Positions 7,723 through 16,336 of a stretch of DNA of 24,000 bases are shown one piece after another. The position numbers and the translations under genes are program-made. Source of the stretch: an uncultured Acetobacteraceae bacterium (GTDB lineage: Bacteria > Pseudomonadota > Alphaproteobacteria > Acetobacterales > Acetobacteraceae); contig CAIXDS010000071.1 of assembly GCA_903918195.1 (NCBI GenBank), positions 1-24,000 on the forward strand. The letters run 5' to 3'. Below the pieces are notes generated by a model. It was not told the DNA's origin. It searched no databases and worked only from the letters and a program-made list of their open reading frames with translations. How positions within the stretch are numbered: position 1 is the first letter of the stretch; the number at the start of each line of letters is the position of its first letter.

Positions 7723-8288
7723 GCCTGCCTAAATCTTCAGCATTCCGTGCAACGCGCAGAAATTCAAAGAAGAATTTGTCTAACGCGCCATTTCCCCTCG
7801 AAGTTATCAACAGCTTTGGGGGATATATCCGGTCCAGCGTGGCAGCAGATCATCGCGGTGCGGAGCGGGAGGGGCGCGACGGCGCGCCGGACGCGCCAGT
7901 GCGACACCACGCCAGAGGGACTGGTTGCGTTTCCGTGAGCCTGTATGGCATTCCGGACCACCCCGAAACCTGCCGCACGGCCACCAGCGACGACTGTGAT
8001 CCGCCAGGGTCCGCTTCCGTGGTTCTTCGCAGAACGAAAATCATCGCGGACGCCGCCGGCCAGGATCGATCCGAGCAGTAGCGGCGAGGCGACCTGCATG
8101 GTCGTTCCGGAATCCTCTGTGGGTCACGAAGATGGTTTCCATACTGGGAGCTTCTGCGACTTCAAGCAGGTGGCCACGTCAGGATCTGTCGTCGTTACGT
8201 GCTATCTGCTTGGGTAAGCCAGACAAGACAGGGAGACAAGCTGAGCCATGAAGCCGATTCCCGCCTCGAAGTCGTGTGTTGCTCGCCC

Positions 8289-8906
8289 ATGACGAACCTT
8301 TGCCCGCGTAGCGGGCACGTCGTGCTGCTCGGCGACTCGGTTTTCGACAATGGTGCCTACGTCGCAGACGGGTTCGATGTCGCGACGCAACTGCACCAAG
8401 CGCTGTCGCCAGCTTGGCGGGCCACGCTGGTTGCTCGGGACGGGGCTGTTGCCGGCGATCTTCCAAACCAAGTCGCACAGCTGCCGGCTGATGCCAGCCA
8501 TCTACTGGTGAGCGTCGGGGGCAACGATGCGCTGGGACACCTGGGCGTGCTCGATGAGCCGGTCGGCTCGGTGGCCGAGGCCCTCGAACGGCTCGCCAGC
8601 ATTCGTGACGCCTTCCGCGCCGATTACCTCGACGCCGTCACCGCCGTGCTGGCTCTCGGCCTGCCGACCTGGCTTTGCACCATTTACGAACCACGTTTTC
8701 CGGAACCAGCGATGCAGCGCGCTGCCATCGTCGCGCTGTCCATCTTCAACGACATCATCACGCGCGCCACGGCAATGCACGGGGTGGACCTGCTCGATTT
8801 GCGGGTGCTGTTCAACGAGGACGGGGACTACGCGAACGCGATCGAGCCCTCTGCCCATGGTGGCGAAAAGATCGCTCGGTCCATCGTGCGCGTGCTGCTG
8901 GCCTGA
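8289..8906 (+). CDS. SGNH/GDSL-family hydrolase
   Basis: GHVVLLGDSVFDNG (block I GDS), LVSVGGNDALG (GxND block III), C-terminal NAIEPSAHGGEKIARSIV. Start ATG 8289 inside ORF 8199..8906. Confidence 0.85.
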   Translation: MTNLCPRSGHVVLLGDSVFDNGAYVADGFDVATQLHQALSPAWRATLVARDGAVAGDLPNQVAQLPADASHLLVSVGGNDALGHLGVLDEPVGSVAEALERLASIRDAFRADYLDAVTAVLALGLPTWLCTIYEPRFPEPAMQRAAIVALSIFNDIITRATAMHGVDLLDLRVLFNEDGDYANAIEPSAHGGEKIARSIVRVLLA

Positions 8907-9008
8907 CCACGCGCATCTATCGGTGGCGGTGATGTGCTATGGTTGCCCGGGGCCGACGCCGCCTGCCTTGCCCGGCTGGTGTCGCGGCGCAAATGACATG
9001 CACATCGT

Positions 9009-9440
9009 TCATTCCTCACCCGGCAACGGTACGTGCCGAACGCTCCGGTAATGGTCATCAGGCAGGATCGTTTCCCCGTGTGCCACGATGCCAAAGCAGT
9101 CTGTGATGAGGCGGACGAACCCCGGCTGGTGCAACTGCCTGTCGGCCCGGATGACGAAGCGCCGTGCCACGGAATCATAGAGAACACGGCCACGTGGCCA
9201 TTCCTCGTATTCGGACCAGACTGGAGCCGTTGGAATTCCATCTCCGCGGAGTGCACGCGCGCCACGGCGGGCCAGCCGCGACCAGTGCTCAAGATGGCCC
9301 GTGTCCACGGTCAGCATGTCGCCATAGGCCTCGGCCCGTTCCAGCGGGACGGCCAGTGCGATGACGGTCGATTTTCCGCCCTCCTCGACCACCCAGAACG
9401 GGCCGACCATCCCGCCTCCGTCTGGTTTCGCCCCGTTCAT
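9009..9440 (-). CDS. Small hypothetical protein, translationally coupled to the upstream DUF2779 gene
   Basis: ORF 9009..9503 (-). Internal ATG (9438-9440) overlaps the stop of the 9437..11089 gene as ATGA; product MNGAKPDGGGMVGPFWVVEEGGKSTVIALAVPLERAEAYGDMLTVDTGHLEHWSRL... Confidence 0.6.
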   Translation of the reverse strand: MNGAKPDGGGMVGPFWVVEEGGKSTVIALAVPLERAEAYGDMLTVDTGHLEHWSRLARRGARALRGDGIPTAPVWSEYEEWPRGRVLYDSVARRFVIRADRQLHQPGFVRLITDCFGIVAHGETILPDDHYRSVRHVPLPGEE

Positions 9441-11089
9441 TGCTGCGCCAGCTTTGCCAGAGCGCGGTGCACCTCGACCATGGCAAGCGTATCGCGCTGG
9501 CAATAGGCGCGCAGCGCGGCCTGCAACCGATCGGCTTCCTCGGGAACCGCGAGAACGCCGGAGGCTAACTGCAGGAACGCCGCCGCCGCCGCGAGTCCAT
9601 CGGCGATGCCGTCGAGATCGTCGTAACCAAAGCCGGGGCGGAGGGCGGGAGCAACGGATTTGATCGAGTTGCTGAAGCCGAACTCAGGAAGGTAGACGGT
9701 ACCGCGCACGATCGGCAGCAGGTCCAGCAGCCGGGCGATGATCGCGGCGATCCCCGAGCACAGATCGGAGAACCGCGCCGCCAGTTCCTTCAGCTGCGTC
9801 TGTTCATAGGCCGAATAGACGATGATCGGCCCATCGAAGGCCCCGAGTGCCTCGATCAGCGTTTCGGCGAATCGGCGCCGCGGATCTTCGCTGCCATCGG
9901 CGAGGAACTCCCGGTGATGCAGGGCACCGTCGTCGGCGATCGCGTGCAATGACCATTGAAAGGGAAGAGTCTGGTAGGGTCGCGTCCCTTCGTAGAGCGG
10001 GATGGGTGGCATCATCGCCTCGAAGTCCAGGTAGCAGGCGGGAGGGCCGTAGCCCGGCAGCAGGCGTGCCAGATCGGGAGCGATGTAGGGCCGCCCGCTT
10101 GCGGTCGCATCGCGGATGATGGCTTGCTTTCCCGTCAGCGGGAAATCCGCCGGGATTGCTGAAATGGCATCGATGCCGCGCGCCTGGAGCTCGCTCGCGC
10201 GGGCATGCGACAGACGGGGGAGATAGGCGATCCAGTCGGCCGGCTTGTGTGCCGTGCACCGGTCCCAGTACTCGCACTCATAGGGCGCGCGGCACTGGCT
10301 GCCCGGCTCGGCATCCGGAGGCTCGGCCATGCGCAGACATGCCCGCATGGCGGGCAGCGCCGCGGGCAGGTCGCCAAGCCTCTTCGCCACCTCGGCACCG
10401 ATGTCGCTTCGGGCGAAGAACTCCGGCCAACTGATGCCGCCGGCCCCGCGAACATAGGACGTGTTCACATGGAGATGCTCGACGGATGGGATGGGGATGC
10501 CAGCGCCCCTGAGAACGTGGAGCTGAAGAGCAATGTCGTCGACATGATGGTCCTTGACGCTGGCGCTGCTCTTCACTTCCCGTAGTCCCCAGGTCGCGTT
10601 GCCCCGCCGTTCAAGCACGTCCACCCGGATACGGATATCGTCGTGCTCGAACGCGGCCTCGAAGATCGCCGGCACGCCCGTATCGTCCATCAGCGCGGCC
10701 GTGCGGGCGCGGGCTTCGGCATGCTGCCACGGTTCCTGGTCGACGAGCACGCCACCAGGAAACAGCAGGTACGCCTTGCGGCCGATCTGCTGTCCGATGT
10801 CCAGCGGGGATCCCGGCAGTGGTTCCTCGTAATTCGGCGGCTCGTTGACCAGCAGCCAGAGCCGGCGCAGGCATTGCAGACCGGCGATGTAGCGCGACTT
10901 GGTGAGATGCTGACCGGGCACTGATTGCGTCCGAGGTGGATGCAGAATCCTCCACGCCCCGATTGTTGTCGGCAACCGGAAATCGTCGCGCCTGGATGTG
11001 ACCACGTCCGCTTCTGTCGTGGCGGTGGCGTATTCTTTCGGAACGCCGCAGTGACAGGAGGCCACCGAACCGGCTATGACACGCTCCAT
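9437..11089 (-). CDS. DUF2779-type protein: RecB/Cas4-like PD-(D/E)XK nuclease domain plus RNase H-like/DEDD-type C-terminal domain
   Basis: TKSRYIAGLQCLRRLWL N-terminal motif; RIRVDVLER...WGLREVKSSASVKDHHVDDIALQLHVL (D...ExK...Q); cysteines GLQC and QCRAPYECEYWDRC; C-terminal ACYLDFEAMMPPIPLYEGTRPYQTLPFQWSLHAI and GPIIVYSAYEQTQLKELAARF. Confidence 0.82.
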   Translation of the reverse strand: MERVIAGSVASCHCGVPKEYATATTEADVVTSRRDDFRLPTTIGAWRILHPPRTQSVPGQHLTKSRYIAGLQCLRRLWLLVNEPPNYEEPLPGSPLDIGQQIGRKAYLLFPGGVLVDQEPWQHAEARARTAALMDDTGVPAIFEAAFEHDDIRIRVDVLERRGNATWGLREVKSSASVKDHHVDDIALQLHVLRGAGIPIPSVEHLHVNTSYVRGAGGISWPEFFARSDIGAEVAKRLGDLPAALPAMRACLRMAEPPDAEPGSQCRAPYECEYWDRCTAHKPADWIAYLPRLSHARASELQARGIDAISAIPADFPLTGKQAIIRDATASGRPYIAPDLARLLPGYGPPACYLDFEAMMPPIPLYEGTRPYQTLPFQWSLHAIADDGALHHREFLADGSEDPRRRFAETLIEALGAFDGPIIVYSAYEQTQLKELAARFSDLCSGIAAIIARLLDLLPIVRGTVYLPEFGFSNSIKSVAPALRPGFGYDDLDGIADGLAAAAAFLQLASGVLAVPEEADRLQAALRAYCQRDTLAMVEVHRALAKLAQQ

Positions 11090-11193
11090 GCCATGAGCAC
11101 CTGACCCGAGACCTCTTTGACGCTCAGGAATCAGCCCGCACTCGGACTCTGTCCGGACGGTCTGGTCCGCGTGTGTTCATCGAGGAGGTCCCC

Positions 11194-11517
11194 GTGTTCC
11201 AGGTCCAGGTTCCCGTTGTCATCGTTCCGTCCACCGAGGCCCGCGCGGCGCTCGGCGTTCAGCTTCGCCCGGCCGGGCTGGCGGCCTGGTGTGAGCTGGC
11301 CCGCCGTGGCCGGGGCCTCGAGATGGCGCATTTCCAGATCGTCCATTCGGGTGTGACGCTGGCTGTCTGCTCACGCCTGCGCAGCAATGGGTTCATCGAA
11401 ATCGGCCTTGGTCTCGGCGACCCGAGGCAGGCGGCCCGCGTCATTCCCGAGGCGCAGCTTCGTCGGGCCGAGGCCCGCGTCAGGACCCGCGCCGGTCAGC
11501 CGCCGCACCGTCGGTGA
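11194..11517 (+). CDS. Small hypothetical protein
   Basis: GTG 11194 with AGGAGG (11183-11188) 5 nt upstream; VFQVQVPVVIVPSTEARAALGVQLRPAGLAAWCELARRGRG... Followed 7 nt after the stop by a strong hairpin. Confidence 0.5.
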   Translation: MFQVQVPVVIVPSTEARAALGVQLRPAGLAAWCELARRGRGLEMAHFQIVHSGVTLAVCSRLRSNGFIEIGLGLGDPRQAARVIPEAQLRRAEARVRTRAGQPPHRR

Positions 11518-11524
11518 CCGATCC

Positions 11525-11551
11525 CGGGGGCGGCAACGTCCGCCCCCGTTT
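11525..11551 (+). terminator. Putative intrinsic terminator
   Basis: Perfect 9-bp inverted repeat CGGGGGCGG (11525-11533) / CAACGT loop / CCGCCCCCG (11540-11548) followed by TTT (11549-11551). The T-tract is short. Confidence 0.6.
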
Positions 11552-11815
11552 CCCGTCAGCACGCCATCCGAAAGCTGTGATCGATGTCGCAATTGACAGC
11601 CGCCGCCGGCGCGGCCTATCCGTCCGGTTCCGTAAGCACCTGTCTGCCCACCCGAGCCACCCTGTCCGCCATCCCGCCGGCCCTCGGTCGCGCGGGCATT
11701 TTGCGTTCAGCGATGACCAACGCAGCGGCGAAGGCCGACCTGCGCGTTCCTGCACGACTAGGTTTGACGCACGACAGGCGCATCTCTCCCACGCGTGCGG
11801 TCAGGAAAAACTGAC

Positions 11816-13939
11816 ATGACCATTTCCGAGTATATGGAAATCGAGCACGCCGCGCCGGCGCGGTCGGTCAACAGCGGGCGGTGCCTGGCGCTCCGCTGCG
11901 CCCGCAATGTCTGCGCCGCGGCCTCCCGCCGCTCTCCAGAGGCCCGGGCGGTTGCCGACTGGCTCGCCGAACATGCCGAGGCACTCGGCCTGCCCGATGC
12001 GGCGCCGCCGGAGGAGAGCATGCCCGTCGGCACGCAGCGCCGCCGCGGCGTCTCGGCCGAGGTCTGGGACTGGGTCGGGCAGACGCTGGAGGATGCCTGG
12101 AACAGTGAGGCCGCCGCGGCGAACACGGCGGCCGAACGCTGGGCCAACGCCATCGCCGCCAGGCTCGCGCTTGATCCGGCGGAAGCGTCGGTCTTCTCCC
12201 TGGCGCTGCATTACCGGCTGGACCAGCGGGTCGAAAACCTGTTCGACGCGGTCAGCCAGTCCCGCGGCGGCCGGTCACAGCTCCACCGCGATGTGGCGCT
12301 GATCGGGCTGCTGCTCGGGGAAGCCGAGGCCGGGATCGAGGCGCGCCTGATGCCTGAAGCTCCGCTGCTGGCCAGCGGCCTGCTGCATCTCGACCGGGAC
12401 GGCGACCTGATGGTCCTGCACCAACTCGTCTGCCTCATCCGGCGGAACACCCCCCCGGGCGCCGATCTGTACGACCACCTGCTCGGCAAGGCGGCGGGCG
12501 ATCCGCTGCCTTGGGAGGCGTTCGCACATCTCGGCCGCGAGGCGGAGGTCGCGGCCGAGGTGCTGCGGGCGACGCTTGCCGCGCGGGAGAGCGGCGTCAA
12601 CATCCTGCTTTACGGGCCGCCGGGCACCGGGAAGACCTCATTCGCCGCCACCCTGGCCGCCCATGTCGGCGCCCGGCTGCGGCCGGTGACGGAAGCCAGC
12701 GAAAGCGGTTGGGAACCCCGGCGGCACGAGCGCCTGGCCGGGCTGCTGTTGGCCCAGCGCCTGGCGGCACCGGGGGAGACGCTGCTGTTGTTCGACGAGG
12801 CCGAGGACCTCTTCGTCGCCCGCACCTATCGGGACGGCGACTTGGTGGCGAGTTCGCGCGTCTTCATGCATCGCCTTCTCGAACGCATGACATTGCCGGT
12901 GATCTGGACCGCGAACGACATCGGCGCGCTCGGCCCGGCGGTGCTGCGGCGGATGACGATGTGCCTGGAGCTGAAGGTGCCGAACGTGGTGACGCGGACC
13001 CGGCTCTGGCGCCAGATGGCGACGGCGGAAGGTGTCGCGTTGCCGGAGGCCGACGCCGCCCGCCTCGCCCGGCTGGTTCCGGCCGCCCCCGCCGTCGCTT
13101 CCGCCGCGCTGCGGGCGACGCGCCTCGCCGGCGGCGGGGCGGAGACGGCCAGGCTGATCATCGAGGGCGTGGCGCGCGCGGTGCAGGGCGGTGGCCTTCC
13201 GCTGCCGGAGCCGGAGCACGATGCCGATTACGACCCCGCGCTGGTGAACGCGGATTGCGACCTCGCGTCCCTGACCGCCGGTCTGGTGCGGCAACGTGCG
13301 CCGCGCGCGGTTTCGTTCCTGCTGGCGGGACCGCCGGGCACGGGCAAGAGCGTCTGGGTGCGGCACCTCGCGGCGCGGATGGGGATGCAGGTGCTCCAGA
13401 AGCGTGCCTCCGACCTGCTCAATTCGTTCCTCGGCGGCACCGAGCGGAACATCGCCGACGCCTTCGCCGAGGCGCGGGACACCGGCGCCTTCCTGGTGTT
13501 CGACGAGGCCGACAGCCTGCTGCTCGACCGCGCCGACGCGGTGCGCAGCTGGGAGATCAGCCAGGTCAACGAGATGCTCACCTGGATGGAGCAGCATCCG
13601 TTGCCGTTCGCCTGCACGACCAACCTCCCGGCCCGCCTCGACCGCGCCAGCCTGCGCCGCTTCCTGGTCAAGGTCAGCTTCGACTGGCTGACGCAGGCCC
13701 AGGCGCGGCTGGCCTTCCGGCGGTTCTTCGGCATGGCGCCGCCCGCGGGACTCGACGGCCTGCTGACACTGACGCCCGCGGATTTCGCGCTGGTCCGGCG
13801 GCGCGCCGCGGTGACCGGCGCCACGGCGAACCAGGCGGCGCTGCTGCGTCTGCTGGCCGCCGAGTGCGAGGGCCGGGTCGGCGGGCGGCTGCAGGTCGGG
13901 TTCGCGGCCAGGGCGGCGGGTGATTGCGATGCCGCATAG
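11816..13939 (+). CDS. Large ATPase with two AAA+ domains
   Basis: AAA1 GPPGTGKT (12614..12637) with LLLFDEAEDLF; AAA2 GPPGTGKS (13328..13351) with FLVFDEADSLLLDRADA and ACTTNLPARLDRASLRRF. Start ATG 11816 with AGGA upstream. Confidence 0.88.
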   Translation: MTISEYMEIEHAAPARSVNSGRCLALRCARNVCAAASRRSPEARAVADWLAEHAEALGLPDAAPPEESMPVGTQRRRGVSAEVWDWVGQTLEDAWNSEAAAANTAAERWANAIAARLALDPAEASVFSLALHYRLDQRVENLFDAVSQSRGGRSQLHRDVALIGLLLGEAEAGIEARLMPEAPLLASGLLHLDRDGDLMVLHQLVCLIRRNTPPGADLYDHLLGKAAGDPLPWEAFAHLGREAEVAAEVLRATLAARESGVNILLYGPPGTGKTSFAATLAAHVGARLRPVTEASESGWEPRRHERLAGLLLAQRLAAPGETLLLFDEAEDLFVARTYRDGDLVASSRVFMHRLLERMTLPVIWTANDIGALGPAVLRRMTMCLELKVPNVVTRTRLWRQMATAEGVALPEADAARLARLVPAAPAVASAALRATRLAGGGAETARLIIEGVARAVQGGGLPLPEPEHDADYDPALVNADCDLASLTAGLVRQRAPRAVSFLLAGPPGTGKSVWVRHLAARMGMQVLQKRASDLLNSFLGGTERNIADAFAEARDTGAFLVFDEADSLLLDRADAVRSWEISQVNEMLTWMEQHPLPFACTTNLPARLDRASLRRFLVKVSFDWLTQAQARLAFRRFFGMAPPAGLDGLLTLTPADFALVRRRAAVTGATANQAALLRLLAAECEGRVGGRLQVGFAARAAGDCDAA

Positions 13940-13958
13940 AAGAAGGCAGCATGCCGCC

Positions 13959-15005
13959 ATGAGGTATGGACCAGCAGAACGTCTGCTGCGCCTCGCCCGC
14001 TCTCTGGCGGCGACCCGCACCGGGCTGACGCTCGACGAAATGGCCGCCGAGCTTGAAGTCACGCGGCGGACGGCCGAGCGGCTGCGCGATGCCCTGATGG
14101 CCATGTTCCCGGAAATGGACAGCCAGGATGGCGACGACCGCACACGGCGCTGGCGGCTGCCGGGCAGCACCCTGATCGGGGTGCTGGAACCCCGCGCCGA
14201 GACCGTGGCCGCGGTCGAAACCGCCGCGCGCGAGTGCGAGCAACGCGGCGAAGCCGACCGCGCGGCGCTGCTGCGCGATGCCGCGACCACGCTGCGGGCG
14301 GTGATGCGGCCGGATGCCCTGCGCCGCACCGAGACGGGCATCGCCGCGCTGATGGAGGCCGAGGGCATCGCGATGCGACCGGGACCGCGGCCGGTGCTGG
14401 CTGCCGGGGTCCTGCCGACGTTGCGCCGGGCGATTCTGGGCATGCAGCCCGTCGTGGTCCGCTACGCGGGGCGCGATGCGGAGGAACCGGCGACGCGCAT
14501 CTTGTGTCCGTACGGCATTCTCTACGGCGGGCGCGGCTGGCTGGTCGCGCATGTCGAGAACCTACCGGAGATGCGGCTGTGGCGGTTGGATCGGATCGTT
14601 TCGGCCGATCGGCTCGAACGTTGCTTTCTGCGACGGGAAGATTTTTCGCTAGCGGCCTATGCGGCGCGGTCCTTCGGGGTGTTTCAGGAGGAGCCGATCG
14701 ACGTGGTGCTGCGGTTTGAACCGGAGGCGGCGGAGGACGCGGCATCCTGGACGTTTCATCCGTCACAATTTATCGTGCGGGAAGCGGATGGTTCTCTGAC
14801 CGTGCGGTTCCGGGCGGGCGGGGTGCAGGAGATGTGCTGGCATCTGTTTGCGTGGGGGACGGCGGTGACGGTGGTGGGGCCAGAATCGCTACAGGATACG
14901 ATCGCAGTTCTTGCGCGGGCTCTCGCCCAACACCACGCGAGGATCAGGGCTTGCGTTGACATATCAAACAAATCTGATGGCGGAAGGCACGATCATGCCA
15001 GATGA
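13959..15005 (+). CDS. HTH/WYL-domain transcriptional regulator
   Basis: MRYGPAERLLRLARSLAATRTGLTLDEMAAELEVTRRTAERLRDALMAMFP (wHTH), and QPVVVRYAGRDAEEPATRILCPYGILYGGRGWLVAHVENLPEMRLWRLDRIVSAD (WYL-type domain). Confidence 0.87.
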   Translation: MRYGPAERLLRLARSLAATRTGLTLDEMAAELEVTRRTAERLRDALMAMFPEMDSQDGDDRTRRWRLPGSTLIGVLEPRAETVAAVETAARECEQRGEADRAALLRDAATTLRAVMRPDALRRTETGIAALMEAEGIAMRPGPRPVLAAGVLPTLRRAILGMQPVVVRYAGRDAEEPATRILCPYGILYGGRGWLVAHVENLPEMRLWRLDRIVSADRLERCFLRREDFSLAAYAARSFGVFQEEPIDVVLRFEPEAAEDAASWTFHPSQFIVREADGSLTVRFRAGGVQEMCWHLFAWGTAVTVVGPESLQDTIAVLARALAQHHARIRACVDISNKSDGGRHDHAR

Positions 15006-16314
15006 GGCCCAGATACGAGACTTCTTTGCGAGGGTACGCGGCATTGCCGAGGCGACGCGACTGGCGGGATCAGCGATCGCCCGCGCAGTTGCTCCGCGTT
15101 TCTGCCCTGTTGCGCTGTTTTATCCGAACGAAACTGACCTGAGTCGCGTGCTCGCATTCCTGATTGATCCGACCGCCAATCACGGGCAGGGAACGATGTT
15201 TCTGCGTCTCTTTCTTGATGTCGTTGGGTTGCCTGAATGCGACGATCGGGAGGACGGGATTGACGTTTCGACAGAATATGTTTTGAGTCCCAGTTTGCGT
15301 CGCGCCGATATCGCTGTCAGTTATACCCGTCTGGATAGGCAACGAATTCATTTGCTGATCGAAAATAAGCCGTGGGCTGGCGATGGTGTAGATCAGCTTT
15401 CTGATTATTCGAAATACCTGAAAACTAAATATCAGTCTACGCCATGGGCAATTGTTTATATTCCATCGACGGAGCGCGACCCTGGCGCGCACTCCGTCGA
15501 TGAGAACTGCTTCCAAACCCTTATCGCGAATCGTAGTTTATTTATCTTACCGTATGTGTCGAAGCAAAGAGAGAGATCGATTCAGGAATGGCTCAAACGC
15601 TGTGAAGCAACCTGCGAGGCTGAGGAGCCTCGGCGTTTTATTGGTGCCTTCAGGCGCTATCTTGCAGAGAATGTTCCAGATACTGGAGTTGTTCAGATGA
15701 GCGATGCCGAACGGTCGGTTGCGCAGATTTTGCTGAAGTTCTTGCAGGAACGCGACGAAGATATAAATATCGCACTGGAGGTACCAAAGGCGCTCGCCAG
15801 CCTTCGGAATGATCTGGCCAAGAAGATTGGGGATCGGATCACGGAGGGGATAAGAAGCAGGTTGCAGGGTGGTGACTGGCAGATCGAATCGAACTTTACG
15901 ACCGAGCAGTGGGCCGGCTTGGGCATTTACCGTTCTCGTTGGCCAAAGGGAATGACAAAGAAAAATCAAGAAAGTCAGTGTTTCGTTGGTATCGAGTTTC
16001 ATGGCAGCTTTAAACAGGCCCACTACGGTGTGGCGGGGCACAGAGATATGCTTGGGGAGCTCAGGGGACCTATCAGGGAGGCTGCGAGCGAGTATTTGCG
16101 GCTCGCCGGGGACCGGGATTGGTGGCCAGCCATATTAAATTTCGAACAGCCATTGGCCGATTGGCTATCGGATGAGTTCCTGCACTTCGCCCGACGCGTA
16201 CTGCGCGACGAGGAAGAGTCGTCGGCTGTTGTCAACAATTTGGTTACATGTATTGTTGAGGTTGCCAAGAAAGTCGACGAAGTGGTCACCAGGATGCAGC
16301 CCGATAAGGCGTGA
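14977..16314 (+). CDS. PD-(D/E)XK nuclease superfamily protein
   Basis: YPNETDLSRVLAFLIDPTANHGQG; catalytic-like RRADIAVSYTRLDRQRIHLLIENKPWAGDGVDQLSDYSKYL (D, ExK, QxxxY). ATG 14977 (or 14995) overlaps the end of the WYL gene. Confidence 0.82.
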   Translation: MAEGTIMPDEAQIRDFFARVRGIAEATRLAGSAIARAVAPRFCPVALFYPNETDLSRVLAFLIDPTANHGQGTMFLRLFLDVVGLPECDDREDGIDVSTEYVLSPSLRRADIAVSYTRLDRQRIHLLIENKPWAGDGVDQLSDYSKYLKTKYQSTPWAIVYIPSTERDPGAHSVDENCFQTLIANRSLFILPYVSKQRERSIQEWLKRCEATCEAEEPRRFIGAFRRYLAENVPDTGVVQMSDAERSVAQILLKFLQERDEDINIALEVPKALASLRNDLAKKIGDRITEGIRSRLQGGDWQIESNFTTEQWAGLGIYRSRWPKGMTKKNQESQCFVGIEFHGSFKQAHYGVAGHRDMLGELRGPIREAASEYLRLAGDRDWWPAILNFEQPLADWLSDEFLHFARRVLRDEEESSAVVNNLVTCIVEVAKKVDEVVTRMQPDKA

Positions 16315-16336
16315 GCGCTCAGGACGACGGGCGGAT

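Noticed and set aside
7719-8081. 120-aa ORF overlapping the 7459..7722 stop as ATGA
   Set aside because: The overlap looks like coupling, but the translation has poor protein-like character and no recognised motif, so I do not support it as a gene.
11514-11819. 101-aa ORF and the overlapping 11584..11814 76-aa ORF before the AAA+ gene
   Set aside because: The first runs through the terminator hairpin and neither has a ribosome binding site or coherent composition; likely 5' leader.
12511-13923. 470-aa plus-strand ORF
   Set aside because: Out-of-frame read of the tandem AAA+ gene, which has clear Walker motifs in the other frame.
12638-14443. 601-aa minus-strand ORF
   Set aside because: Antisense to the AAA+ and WYL genes; low-complexity composition and no domain signature.
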